Assembly (NCBI GenBank): GCA_047967505.1
Contig: CM106538.1
Strand: one strand, 5' to 3'
Source of the DNA: Dipteris shenzhenensis
Lineage: Eukaryota
Length of the DNA stretch: 64,000 bases
Below are positions 38,837 through 51,900 of this stretch, piece after piece (positions within the stretch are counted from its first letter, which is position 1; each line of letters opens with the position of its first letter). A model generated the notes under the pieces. That model did no database searches. It worked only from the letters and a program-made list of their open reading frames with translations, and had not been told where the DNA came from. The translations under genes were made by a program, and so were the position numbers.

Positions 38837-41800
38837 ATGTCTCCATCTTCAACAAGCAGCTCCAGTGAGGATGAATCCCTCCGTATCCACCATCGCAAAA
38901 TGTGGTTGGAGCAAAAAATCAAATGTCTGTGTGATCGATGTCGAGGAAACATGTATCGTGCATGCAGGATTACGCTCAATCATATCTCAAAGTATGGAGA
39001 ATGGGATGTGACCGTAAACAGGGTAAGGATTTGTAAGTTAAGGTTGATTGAGATACCTATGGGTATTCATATGTTTGAGTTATAATGATCCCGTTTTAAT
39101 TTGATACAGGATGCAGTGCCACACCCGCACATGTTACCCTATGCCCGTTGTGAGGAGGCGAAGCGTCGGCGATATGAGGTGGGATCTTCAGGAGGGACCA
39201 TTATGGATGCATGGAGTGATGGTGATAGTAGCCCTCCACCATTACCTCATGAAGCCGTGGAGGAGGAGGTGTTTGATGATATGGTGCGGGATTTATATGT
39301 CCATCAAGGGAGGGATAATAGCATGGAGTAGGATGATCTTTTTACCGCAGCATCGACTCCACTGTTTGAGGGGTGCACATTCTCTGTTCTACGTGCCTCC
39401 CTTGAGTTACTAAACTTGCAAACCATCTATGGATGGAGCAATGCAAGTTTGAATGCATTACTCAAGTAAGCTTTAATTTAAAGTCAATTTTGCAAACATG
39501 ATGAATTATGCGCATGGGTCAATTACTCGAATGCTTTTCCTCATTTATGGTCTTCACGTGCAGGCTATTGTGTAAAATGCTTCCAAGGGAGAATAAATTA
39601 CCGACCTCAAGAGATATGGCAAGGCAACATGTGACCTCTCTTGGAGGATTAGATTACAAGCGCATCCATGCATGTGTCAACGATTGCGTTTTGTTTTGCG
39701 GACTACATAAGGATGCAAGAGAGTGTCCTACTTGTGGAGAGGCAAGATATAGAGCAGATCTCAAAACCTTGGACGTGCCTCGTAAGGTATTGCGACATTT
39801 TCCCATAATCCCTCGCATCCAACATATGTTCAAGTGCAAATCTATTGCAGAGCTCATGTCATGGCATTCCTCCCATCGATCAACCGATGGCAAGTGGAGA
39901 ACTCCCGCGGACTCTCCTGCGTGGAAGCATATTGAAGACACATGGCCAAGCTTCAAGGAAGAACCTAGGAGCTTGAGACTTGGATTGGGTATGGATGGTG
40001 TGAACCCATTTGGTCTCAAAAGCACGTCTTACAGTGTATGGCCAGTGGTATTGGTGAATTACAATCTTCCACCCTCTATGGCTATTAAGAAAGGACATGT
40101 CATGCAGTCCCTTCTAATTCCAGGGAAACATAAAGTCAAAAACCCTGATGTTTATTTGGAGCCTTTGATTGATGAGCTAGAGATACTTTGGAGAGGTATC
40201 GAGGTGCATGATGTGAGCAGGCCTCCCTCGTCACGAGACTTCAACTGCAAAGCAGTCTTGATGTGGACGATGCATGACTTCCCAGGCTATGGCGAGTGTT
40301 CAGGTAAGAATTGCATTTTTTAATTATGAATAGGCAAGGACGTGGCACCCTAAACCCACCTTCCACTCTTAATTGCATCTATTGTTTCAGGTCTCACTAC
40401 ATCGGGTTTACATGCATGTCCTGTTTGTGGTCCTTCGCTAGTTGCCTCACGGGCAGACGCATTGAATAAGGTCATCTATGAGAATCACCATCGATTTCTC
40501 CCACTTGATCATCCTAGATATGTTGCCCCTTGGAATGAAGTCCTCCCACAATCACTCACCGCGGGAGATTGGATGAGAATTTGGGACGGATCCACGACTC
40601 CTCCACCACTTGGCATGAGCCGGTAAGGATTTGTAACTATTGGCTGGAAGTAAAGATTGGCTATATTGGTTGAAAGTGAAGATTGCACGCTAACACTTTA
40701 TTTTGTTTAGATACTCCATCTTTTATCGTTTACCATATTGGTCCCACCTCAAGATCAATCACCTGCTCGATCCCATGCATATCTTCAAGAATGTGGCATC
40801 TACCATTTGGGAGCATTTGAATGGGACATGAGATTCGGCAGGCATAAGGGAGGATCTACGTACCACAGGGAGGATGCGTGAAGCTTGGCCTCAAGAGAGA
40901 CCAAATGGGCTTGTTTTTTAACCTCGTGCACCGTGGATGTTATCAAAGCTAGAGATGGCGACGGTGAAGCATGCTATTACTACAATTCGTACTCCCACTG
41001 GATGCATGAGGTGTTTGAAGGGAGCCTTTACAAAGAGCAAGAAAAGAGGTGTAGAGCAATTATATGGCTTGAAATCTCATGATTGGCACAAGATGCTCCA
41101 AGTAAGTATTTTATATGCATAATATCTTTTTCCTTTCAAATTTGTGAGTGAATAGCTATAAGCAACTAATCAACCACCTCCTCGCGGGTTCAGTTCATAC
41201 TACCTACTAGCATTTCACGTAGTGCATCAAAGGACGTGAAAGATTGTATTTACAAGATGGGCGAGCTTGTGAGGTATGTGAGCTCAAAGGAAATAGATCC
41301 CACCATGCTTGAGAATGCTCGAGTTATGTCAGTGGAGGCGGTTTGTTTAGTGGAGGAGACATTTCCACGTTCTATTCTCACAAGCCAACTACATCTCATA
41401 GTGCATTTGGTGGATGAGATTGCTATATGCGGTACTATACATGCACGATGGTTGTTCTTCCTCGAGCGCTTCATGAAGACCTTGAAGGGCTTCGTGAGAC
41501 AAAATGCAAGACCCGAAGGTAGCATGGCCGAGGGTTGGTTGGTACAAGAGTCACTTGTATATATTTCTGAGTTTCTTGTTGATGTGGATAGCTCTCTCCC
41601 ACGACTATGGAGAGATGATGAAGACCTAAGGATGACCTCTATTGTGCCTCAAGGAAGAGGACGCAACAAAGTAATAGACACGGAGTTGCGTAATAGTATC
41701 AACCTCTTTTGCGTGCTTGATAGTGATGTGATGAAAAGATGGGTGACAAGATACGAGGATGCAAAGGCAAGAAGACAAGAAGAAAGGGCCCTCTTTCGTA

Positions 41801-42825
41801 CACACCACGGATCTCGTGTGCCATACCCTCAGCGTCTAAGAGCACTTCCAAAGGATATTCATGTGGATTGGCTACTTGATGAAATGGAGAAAGCAGAGAA
41901 AGACGAGGGGATGCATATCACAATGGAAGAATGGGAGTATGCTAGGGGATGCATGAGCAAGGTCGGTATATAGAATGTTATGCATAAGTTAGGAGGTTTT
42001 TATAATTTAGATTGCTTATTTAATTGATTTTTTCTTGGTGTAGTGCACTATGTTCAATGCTATATGGTGTGAGGGCAAGCATTTTCGAACACAACGGATT
42101 GATGATAAGAGAAACACACAAGATTGCGGCGTCATTGCTAGCTTTGAGGGAGCCAATGGAGTCATGGATGATTATTGTGGCATAATCCAAGATATCATTA
42201 TGCTTGACTTTCGATGCTTCTTTGTGTATGTTTTGGATGTAAAGTGGTTTAAGGACGTGGTGGAAAGAGGCCCTAATGCAACAATCAAACGCCATGCAAG
42301 TGGCTTTGTAACTATTGACTCCACAAAGTTTTGGCAAAGTAGGAAGGACACACTAATACTACCGCAACAATGTGAACAGGTACTGTGCACACACATAAAA
42401 ATACTCGCTTTTAAATATTTGATGCAAGAAAAGTAACATGATTGTATTTGTGTTTGAATTAGGTTGTCTATCAACCAATGGTGGATAATAATAGGTGGTG
42501 GCATGTCATACCTATTATGCCACGTTCCAAAGTGATGTATAGTACATTTACTAATATGGAGCATATGGAGGATGATCATGCCCATGGACGTGATGATGAC
42601 CGTGATACAAGAGAGGAGGATGATCATGAGATAGGAGATATAGATATTGAGGCCGGCATTACCCATGAGGACGAGCCTACCATTGGAGATCTTGATTTCG
42701 ATGAGCACATAAGTGGCACAAGTAGTAGTGGGTTGAATGTATTTGTAGATCTAAACACTTGTTTGGATTTTGAAGTAGATAGTTTGGCAAGGGTTGATCT
42801 CATTGAGGATGAGATTGAACCGTAG
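38837..42825 (+). pseudogene. CACTA TnpD-type transposase (~1123 aa reconstructed); exons 38837-39022, 39110-39465, 39564-40303, 40391-40622, 40711-41101, 41194-41961, 42044-42379, 42463-42825
   Basis: IHACVNDCVLF...CPTCGEARY, PADSPAWKHI, LGMDGVNPFG, YSVWPVVLVNYNLPP, MHDFPGYG, LDPMHIFKNV, GLKSHDWH, HLIVHLVDE...ERFMKTLK..PEGSMAE; all intron phases close; premature stops at 39329, 40829 and 40919. Confidence 0.93.
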
Positions 42826-42989
42826 CCCCACAATTGATATTGGCAAAACTATTTTACATATTGTCTCATTCTCCTCAGTTCCCTTAATTCTTGTATATGT
42901 GGGCTTGCAAAAAATTATGTGCTTTGGTAATCATGGGCAATGTTTGGAAAGCAATGATGTACACCAAAATCTCACTTTCTGTATTCTCT

Positions 42990-43265
42990 GGAGCGCGTCT
43001 AACCCCGTGTCTAAATGCGCGTCTGAGTCTCAGTGTAAACGCGCAAATAAACGCGCAAATACACGCGCAAATAGACGAGCTAATAGACGGGATGTTAGAC
43101 GGGCCCGTATTTTCTCAGGTCTAATGCGCAAATAAACGCGGTGATTGACGCGCAAATAGGTGAGCATTTAGCCGCGCTAATAGACGCGCCCGTAATTTCT
43201 CTACTAGAGCAACGCCTATAGACGTGCCCGCTATTTTGCGCATCTACCAAGCGCGTCTATAGTTG
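42990..43265. repeat. Right subterminal TAGACGCG array
   Basis: Same motif as the left end. Confidence 0.9.
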
Positions 43266-44538
43266 CTTTGTGTTGTTGTGATACCTCTACATATATGCAT
43301 ATCTCTACATATACCTACAAGCTATATTTTGAGCATTGAAGCAATTTTAATGTGCCTAGAATGAAAATCTAAAAAAACTCATAGAGAGAGGCATCCAAAT
43401 TTTAAATGCATGTATTGATGGAGTTTATGTAAGCCAACTTACATAAGTATCCAATTTTCTATGTAGACCACATCAATCTAATACAGTATCTAACGTTAAC
43501 TTAACTTTTGGTAGATCAGGACATGTGGTGCATAGAATCAACTCCTTTTGTGCCAATGTGCACCATTTAATGCATGCTCTCTTGGTTGGGACCTGCATAC
43601 TTTCATTAGGCCCAATGGTTCCATATAGATATCATTCTTGCATTAGACCCAATGGTTCCATATATACTTGCACCCTGGCAACATCTTGCTTGATTTTACC
43701 AAATGGTGCATGTCAAGTTGGAAAGGCATATGGCACAAGATATTTCACCATAGAAAGGCCTTGAAAAAAATGAAGAGGCCAAGGGACGACCATGATGAGG
43801 ACAAATTTGAGATTAATTCTCCATCATGATCAAGACAATGTCGGAAAACATTGGCTTACAACAAAAGCATAGGTTCTTGCACAATCCAACATGTTTTCCC
43901 TTGGCTAGATTATCATTGAAATGGTAAGCTTTTTCTTTGGTGTTGTAATTATTTCATTTTGGCTATTTGCATGCCTAATAGTGCTCTTTTGGGTTCCATT
44001 TCAAGACACATTGGTTATAAGAAGATGGCAAAAAACACATAAGAGAGGCTTACACTAGAAGATGCATCATGCAATGCAAGAATTCCAAGTATTTGGTTGT
44101 GATTGAGAGTTTACTATGCAGACATTAAACCCCCTAGTTATTACCATTAATATATTTATCTACTTCACTGGTGATTTTTCTAGGTTACCAATAGGATGAC
44201 ATTATTATCATGCTATTTTTGACCAAAAAAGAAAATTGTGAATAACGCATTGATGCAAACGTGGAAACATAACAAAAAATCCCTAGGAACGCACCCCTAT
44301 GAAGAATAGACCTAGTAGACTAGTACCATGACGACACAACTCAAATCAATGGCGGGGTGAGTGTTGAATCTTGAAATGAATGAAGCAAGGGTCAAGAAAG
44401 GGCAAAGAACCAAAGGGAGAATAGGGAGCTCAAATCCTCCAAGCAAATCAAGCGCTTTAGCAAAGTGCAGAGGGTGCTGCAGCCACAAAACATGGTGTCA
44501 AAGGAAGGAGCATCCCAAGTCCTGATCAGTATTAAGCT

Positions 44539-45382
44539 ATTAGGGGAGATATGAAGTAAAAAAGGGACGCATAAGAAGGTGATTAAAAAATGGGAAATCT
44601 CCCTAATTTAAGGGGAAATTTTGTGTGGTAAGTTGCATCATAATGACTAGTTTCACTATGCATTATGAGTTGAGGACATGGCTAGATGTGCCCCTAAATA
44701 AGAGTGTATATGGGACCCCTTGAGTTTTGGATGGTGGATAAGGGCTCAAATTATAAGCCATATGATTTGGGTCATCATCTAAGGGCTCACATACATTATC
44801 AATTATGAGCTATATGATCGCGATTAGAATTTAAGGGCTCGAATTTGGCACCCATTTTGAGCTATTAATGTATTGATCCATCCAACGATGGAGATGAGCC
44901 TCATGAAGAGGCTTTATGAGGCACATGAGGTGGTTGCAAGCTGTAGTATGTATGCAATCGGCGGGCAATGCCGTGTGGATCTCGGATGTTGGATCTAAGA
45001 TCTAATGACTATGAATGTACAACTGGCATGTGGATCTGTGGCCATTCAGAGCATGTTATTGTTGCAAAAAGGCATCCACACCCAGTCACCATTGGATTGT
45101 ATGAGACTCAATGGCTATGAAGGAGATAAATCAAGACCCTTGATGATCACCCCTAATCCGATGGCCAAGATCTCTTGCTAAGTTTTGAAATTTCACTCTA
45201 CCGTGGTGGTAAAGAGGCAAAATGTCTAATAAGCCTCCTTTTCACCAATGAGGAAGAGGAAAATTTCCTACATTCTTCAAATGCTTGAGCCTCCTCAGTG
45301 GCTAGATTGGTAGTTTTTTAAATTAGAGCATGAATTAGCTGCTTAAGTAAAGGACCTTTTTTTACTCCAAATCTCCCCTAAT
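44539..45382. mobile_element. Non-autonomous TIR element (ATTAGGGGAG family, different interior)
   Basis: attaggggagatatgaagtaaaaaaggg ... cctttttttactccaaatctcccctaat. Confidence 0.8.
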
Positions 45383-45861
45383 ACTATCACTAAGGCTTGC
45401 CACATGCTGCAAGCATGCAAAATGTAGACAAGGACCACAACACAAGGTGACGAGAAGTAGCACTAGATGAAACTAATGAGAGGCACACAACTAGATCCAA
45501 TTCCAAGAAGGCACAATAACACCATCTGACATCAAACTTGACCCTTGTTCGATGAAGGATGCCATCACAACCTAGCACGAATGATTCGGCTAAGCAAAGT
45601 CTAGCAACCTAGATTGATATAAAGTTAAGGCACCTACTCACGTGACATGAGCAGGATGAGCCTTTGTAAATATGACAAGTAGCACCCATCGTAAATATCA
45701 GATAAGTAGACTAGTATAAAGGATAGAGAGTCCTTGGTGCTAGGTCCATGAACCTTGCAGTAAATCTACTTGAGTGTGTGGAGTGTGACTCAGGTGTTGT
45801 CATAATCTAGCCACTATGGATCCAAGTAATGGGAAATCATTGTAGCGATCATTAAGCAAAA

Positions 45862-45865
<4 letters not shown>

Positions 45866-45932
<67 letters not shown>
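45866..45932. repeat. (TC)n microsatellite abutting an LTR
   Basis: Direct inspection. Confidence 0.95.
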
Positions 45933-48900
45933 TGTTAACATCCACAGAGTACAGCCACCGAATGCAGGGTACTCAGTAAGTAAAGGTGTCTAACTCGAAT
46001 GATCTACCTGAACAGACAAACTCAAGGATGTTTGATACCCAAATACACCAAGATCAGTGATTACAAGCAATGTGCACACAGAAGGAGTATAGTTCAAACT
46101 TAGGGAGTTTGATCCCCAAATACCCAAAGTCCACTCCAAAGTCCAAGGATTCAAGGATTCTAGGCATAGGCTATATGTTCCAGCTACCACACCAGGAATA
46201 AGGAGATGCACACTTCAAGTCCACGTCCACGGAAGTACAAGGAGCGCAAGCGACGTGCACTTTTCAGCTCTACATCCACAAAAATAGCCACGCCAACGAA
46301 AATAGCCATGAATGGAGTACAGCTCAAACTTAGGGATTTGATCCCCAAATATTCCAAAGTAAAGGCTTCCAAGCATTGTGCAGGGTTGTCGTGGGGTCTT
46401 TTGCAGAAGTTAAGCCTCGCCACTCTAGGTTTTGAGCCTAGTTCATGGGGTTCGAACCACAAATAGGTGAAGTTGTGAGGGTGCTTAGGGAGTTTGAGCC
46501 CCAAACCACCTAAGTATAGGACGCGCGAGGCTAACACAAGCGCTATTTGGGAGCCGGTTAGGAACACCTCCTAACACCAGGCTTGTCTCAAGCACTTTAA
46601 TATGGTTAACACAAGTGCTATTTTTGTTGTAGGGAGAGATGGTAAGAATAGCAATATGCCTTGGCACCCTACGGTCTCAAGAACCCTTGGTTGTAAAGAG
46701 AGGGAGAGTGCTAAAAAGGAAAAGGGTTGGACCTCCCTTCAAAAGGTGACTTGTATAAAAGACCAAATGGTTGACTTTGGTCTTCATTGTTGTTTGCACC
46801 AAGTTGAATACAAGCTCCCTCTTCTCTTCCAAGTGAGGGTTTTGGGTGTTCTCTTGTTTTCTTCATAGTGTCTTTGTGGTTGTCACTCTATCCCCCTTCA
46901 CTCCCTTCCCTTCTTCCCCTCCTCCCTCCTTCTCCCTTCCTTCTTCCTCTCCCCTTCCCCCTTCCTCTTCCCTCTTCCTTGTTGGAAACCACATTGTAAC
47001 AATCTGGAGGCCCCTTGCATAACACTTGCGAATGAGTCGTGCTATGCATTGCTCCCACAAGGAGTAGCTAAGAGTGGAGACTCCATCGACATATCTTCAA
47101 CATCCCCACGACATGTGCATCACCGTTGAGACCCACCACATTTTTGGCACCGCTGTCGAGGATAAAAGGCATACTTTTGCATTTGCGCTTGTCTTCCTTC
47201 AATATATTCCCATTGTTAGTGGAGTTGTACGAGAGAAGAGAGGTGGAAAGTGAGAGAGAGGACATAAATCTTTTTTTTCTTGTAGGAAAGCCATTTGTGA
47301 GCATGGGAAGCTTGTCTTTGATGCTTTTTGGTATTTCAAGTTGATAGGAACTTAGTAGGCTTGATTGCTAAGGTGTGTGTGAGGTCAAAACACCTCAAAA
47401 AACAACAAAAATAAGGAATTTTGCCAAGTTTTGAAGTAGTTTTGTATCTTAGAACTCACGCTTTCTAAGTTTTTGCATTTTGGCTTTTAAAAAGTGTTTT
47501 GTTTTCATTGAGTAGGTAGATTAGGTAGTGTAGCATCCACCCATTACAAAAATCATAGACAGAAACTACAAAATCTTCAAAAATCATCAAATCTCAGTCA
47601 GCAACACTATGAGTGACTATCCCGCCGAGTCGACGCTGTAACCCTATTGCACCGATCAGGTATCCCATCAACTGGCATGCTAGATGTATCCCGCTAGTCA
47701 ACCTATGTTGACCTGGTTGATGGAGAGGAGGTCTTATCGGAGAGCAACAAAGAAAAGGAGAACACCGAAAATTGTGGGTGCTAACTCACCCAGATCAAGG
47801 TAAGCTCTTATTATGTATGTATGATACAAAGGGGTATATACTAGGCCATTGGCCTTTACCCCAACAACCTCCCACTTAAAGGCCAATGCGCTTTTAAGGG
47901 AGAAGATGGGCATCCTAATGTCATCCAACACCCATCAATACTCTGCAATGTGCAAACCGTTCTGAGGAAAGACTCTTTATAAGAAGATCTGCAGGGTTCT
48001 CATGTGTGTGAACCTTGACAAGCTAGATGCGCTTGTCCTCAATCACCTCTCTGATGAAGTGATACTTCACATCAATATGCTTTGTCTTCACATGGAAGAT
48101 AGGATTGCGTGCCAAGTAGGTGGCACTCTGATTGTCACAGTGCAAAATTGGAACCTCTCCTGCAATGCTCAAGTCTCCCACTAGATAACTAAGCCATATA
48201 GCTTCCTTGCATGCCTCAGTGGCTGCAACATACTTTGCCTCAGTGGTAGACAAAGCCGTACATGGCTGTAAATGAGAGACCCATGAAACTGCACCTCCAG
48301 TCAATGAGAAAACATGTCCTGTAGTAGACCTCCTCGTGTCTACATTCCCTACAAAATCAGCATCTGCATATCCAGCAATAGATGTGTCATTCCTCCCAAA
48401 GAAAGTGCACGTGTTCTTTGTACCATTCAAGTATCTCATGATACCTTTCACTGCCTCCCAATGCTTCTTGCTAGGATTTTCCATATACCTGCTAACAGCT
48501 CCCACTGCAAAAGCAATATCTGGATGTGTAGCAACCATGGCATACATCAAGCTTCCTACTGCGGATGCGTAAGGTATCTTTGCGATTTCAACCCACTCCT
48601 CATCTGACTTAGGGCTGTCTGCTTGGCTGAGTTTCACATATGGAGGCAACGGAGTACTTATGGGCTTCCCCCTCTCCATATTGAAATGCTCAAGTACCTT
48701 GCTAATGTACTCTTTCTGTGACAAATGAAGGAGTTTCTTGTTCCTATCCCGAACAATCCTCATGCCAAGTATGTGACTGACATCACCCAAATCCTTCATG
48801 TTAAAGGTCTCATGCAACCTTTTCTTCAAAGCATCCACATCCAAAGTAGATTTCCCAGCAATAAGCATGTCATCAACATATAAAATCAAAATAAGAAGGC

Positions 48901-51900
48901 TGCCATCTAATGCCTTCTTTGTGTAGAGGCAATGATCTGTCTCATTCCGTGTGTACCCTTGGGATCGCATAAATGCATCAAACTTATGGTACCACTCCCT
49001 AGGAGCCTGCTTCAACCCATAAAAACTTTTCTAAATCTTGCATACCATCCATTCTTTGCCCTGCACAACAAACCCCTCTGGCTATTGCATATAGATTTCT
49101 CATGAAGATCTCCATGTAGAAAAGCTATTTTTACATCCATTTGGACAAGCTCCATGTCCTCTCTGGCAACCAAACCCTTGGCTACCAACCTTGCCTTATA
49201 CTTAGGCAACGATGCCATCAAGATGGTTTGTCACTACGATCACCACAAGTGCAAGGGCCGCATCCAGTTCACCACCATCTATAAGCCCGAAGAAGAGTGA
49301 CTAGCAAGAGCCTTGCAATGGCTCACTCAAGTTAAGCACACGGACCATCATCAATCCATTGTGCCCAATATCTTGCTATGAATGGTGAATTTCCAAGAGA
49401 CAAACTAGGCAGACTACTTCTACAGCCAGATGCAAGATGATCTCGGCACCCATGGGGACGTTATGTCAGCAATCCCATGTTGTACATGTCAGTCCTCTAT
49501 TACTTGAGAAGTCAACATCTGCTAGTTTTGGCTTTGGCCTTGCAGAGAAATCTACCACCGGCCCAGTACAGGTTGAGCAAGAAGAAACGGAGGTAAAGAC
49601 CAAGAGAGCAAGGACAACGCCCAGCGTCATTGTGGTAATTCATGTGCAACCGGAAAGAAGTTAGCTTCTCAACCAATATGAGGACCGCCAGTTGCACAAA
49701 TTCATGCAACAACAACTATGCCTCCAGTAGGAAGATCCTCAAGATAAGGGCAAACAGGTTCAAGGAGGGCCTATTCTCATCGAAGACCTCTAGGGCGATG
49801 AGATAATCAAAATCGGCCTCCATACAGGAGCCGAAACTATGCCAACAACCCCCACTATGCCATATGTCTCAGTCTCCACCACCCCTCATAAGACAACATC
49901 CTTCGCCATCGGCACCTCTTCCACTCCATGGGCAGGTCTAGCGGAGGCTATACAATTTTGTAGCGCACCCCAGTGTAGGGAAACGAGTGGCTATAGCCAC
50001 ATGATAGTAGAGCAATTGTCACGCATAGATGTGATGGAGCTGAACCTCTTTGAAGCCATGGCACAACTACCCGAGGTCGCTTGCACGATCTTACTGAGGA
50101 AGCAGGAGCAAGCCTCACAACTCTCCATTAGTCTCATCCAAGCCCAACTCTTTGTGCATGAAAGCCAATCGACAATGGTCGTAGCCCAGGCAACATGCTA
50201 TGTTGAATACATTGAGCCGAAGAATACCGAGCCAAGGTGGAAGAGCTGAGATAGCTCTTACGAGGGTCAAGGACGACCTTGCCACCAGTGAATCCCTAGT
50301 CCAAATGCTCATGGACCAGGTGGACAAGGTAGAGTCAACCCTGCGCACAACGTTGGAGTAGCAGGCACAGGCAGAGCAATGGTACGCCCACTCATAGGAG
50401 TCCCACAACCAACAGATCCGCTCCTTACAGGATCTCCTAGCACAAGAGAGGAACCTAACGATCTCCCTCCAAGAAGAAATCAAAAGCTAGCATGCCACCA
50501 GCCAATTTGAGGAGTTAGGATTGGAAGACTGTGAGCAATAAAAGTTTCGGATGTATAGGGAGGTGTCTACACAATTAGCCACATACACACTTGCACCACG
50601 CACCATCGCCCAAACCCTTCAAATGCACTTTGACACTCCGTGCACAAAATCTCATCTTCCACCTAGACTTCACCACTCCACTTCCTCCTAATGCCCTCCA
50701 GACTATTCTTGACCACGTAATCCTGACCACTGTCTCCCCATCATAGCCATGTCATATTTCTCTCTTGATCTTTAGCCCACATCTCTATCTCTTCTCCACC
50801 CCTCCAATCTTCAAACACTATCTTCCCATCCCATCCTTATCAATTTTCAAGCTTGGTGCCGTGTCATCACTGAGTCCCTTAATTATCTTACGAATGATGA
50901 AGTGATGCAACTCGCAAAGCCCGAGGAACTCATGCCATGGGCCTGCACTCCCAAAAGTCTGCATGTAGACATCAATTGGATGTAGACCTATGGCCAAGCC
51001 TCAGCCGTCCAATCTCAAGGGCAACTTGCGGCCTACCAGTCCACAACCTACCAACCCCTTAGAATAATAATCCTCTTTAATAGGGTACTATAGGCTCTCC
51101 AAGACTCACTTGAGTCCTTGATGAGCAATTTTGAAACAATTCACAGAGCCTATCTAGAGGAAGTCACTGAGGAAGAGGGAATTAATGCAATCACCCTCTT
51201 TAATACTACTGCCCCCTTGTAGAAATTCTGCTACCGCCTCCTCTAGATCCCATCCAACCCACCCAACAAGCTGCCCACCCTCCCCTCCCTTGGACAACAC
51301 TACTCGAGTACTCGTCTAATGCCTCTAACACAACCATCGCATAGCATGGACCCTCCTAGTCCATCTCCTCAAACACTTCGGTCGACCTTCCTGAGTGACG
51401 ATGCCTTCAACATGCTGCTCAAAGTAGCAAATTTTGTACAAAGAGTGGATGCAACAAATCCTGCAAGCACCACGGAACCAGAGCCCCCCATGCCACTTGT
51501 CGATGATGACACTCCATCCCCACTAGTTTCTCCCCCTGAAGATTCCCTATTGGTGCCCGAACTTACAATCCTTTCAAGAGCGACCAGATAGCATGATATT
51601 ACACAATTGGAAGTGCCAGCTTGAGGGCTCACACCACCTCTATGAAATTCTTGAGATCCGCACTTCATCGTGCAGTCATTCGATGATTGGTGTTGCGTGC
51701 ATCCAAAGTGCTCCCAAGGAGGATACATCCTTGCCCCCGACTCCCCAGTCCCCATGATTGATGCAGATGCCAGTCTGCTAGAGAAATTTTGGTGCTACTA
51801 CTGCAGTGCACCCATCGATCGTCGAGTCCACCCACTCTACATGCCCATGGAATGACAATGGACTTGGGCCCCATTTTGAGCCCTCCAACAGCAGGATCCC

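Larger units (their letters stand above)
35524..43280. mobile_element. Complete CACTA/EnSpm-superfamily DNA transposon with CACAA termini
   Basis: TIRs CACAACAAGACAAAGCACCCATAGACGCGC / GCGCGTCTATAGTTGCTTTGTGTTGTTGTG; 3-bp TSD ATA (35521-35523, 43281-43283); subterminal repeats; Transposase_21-type gene. Confidence 0.95.
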
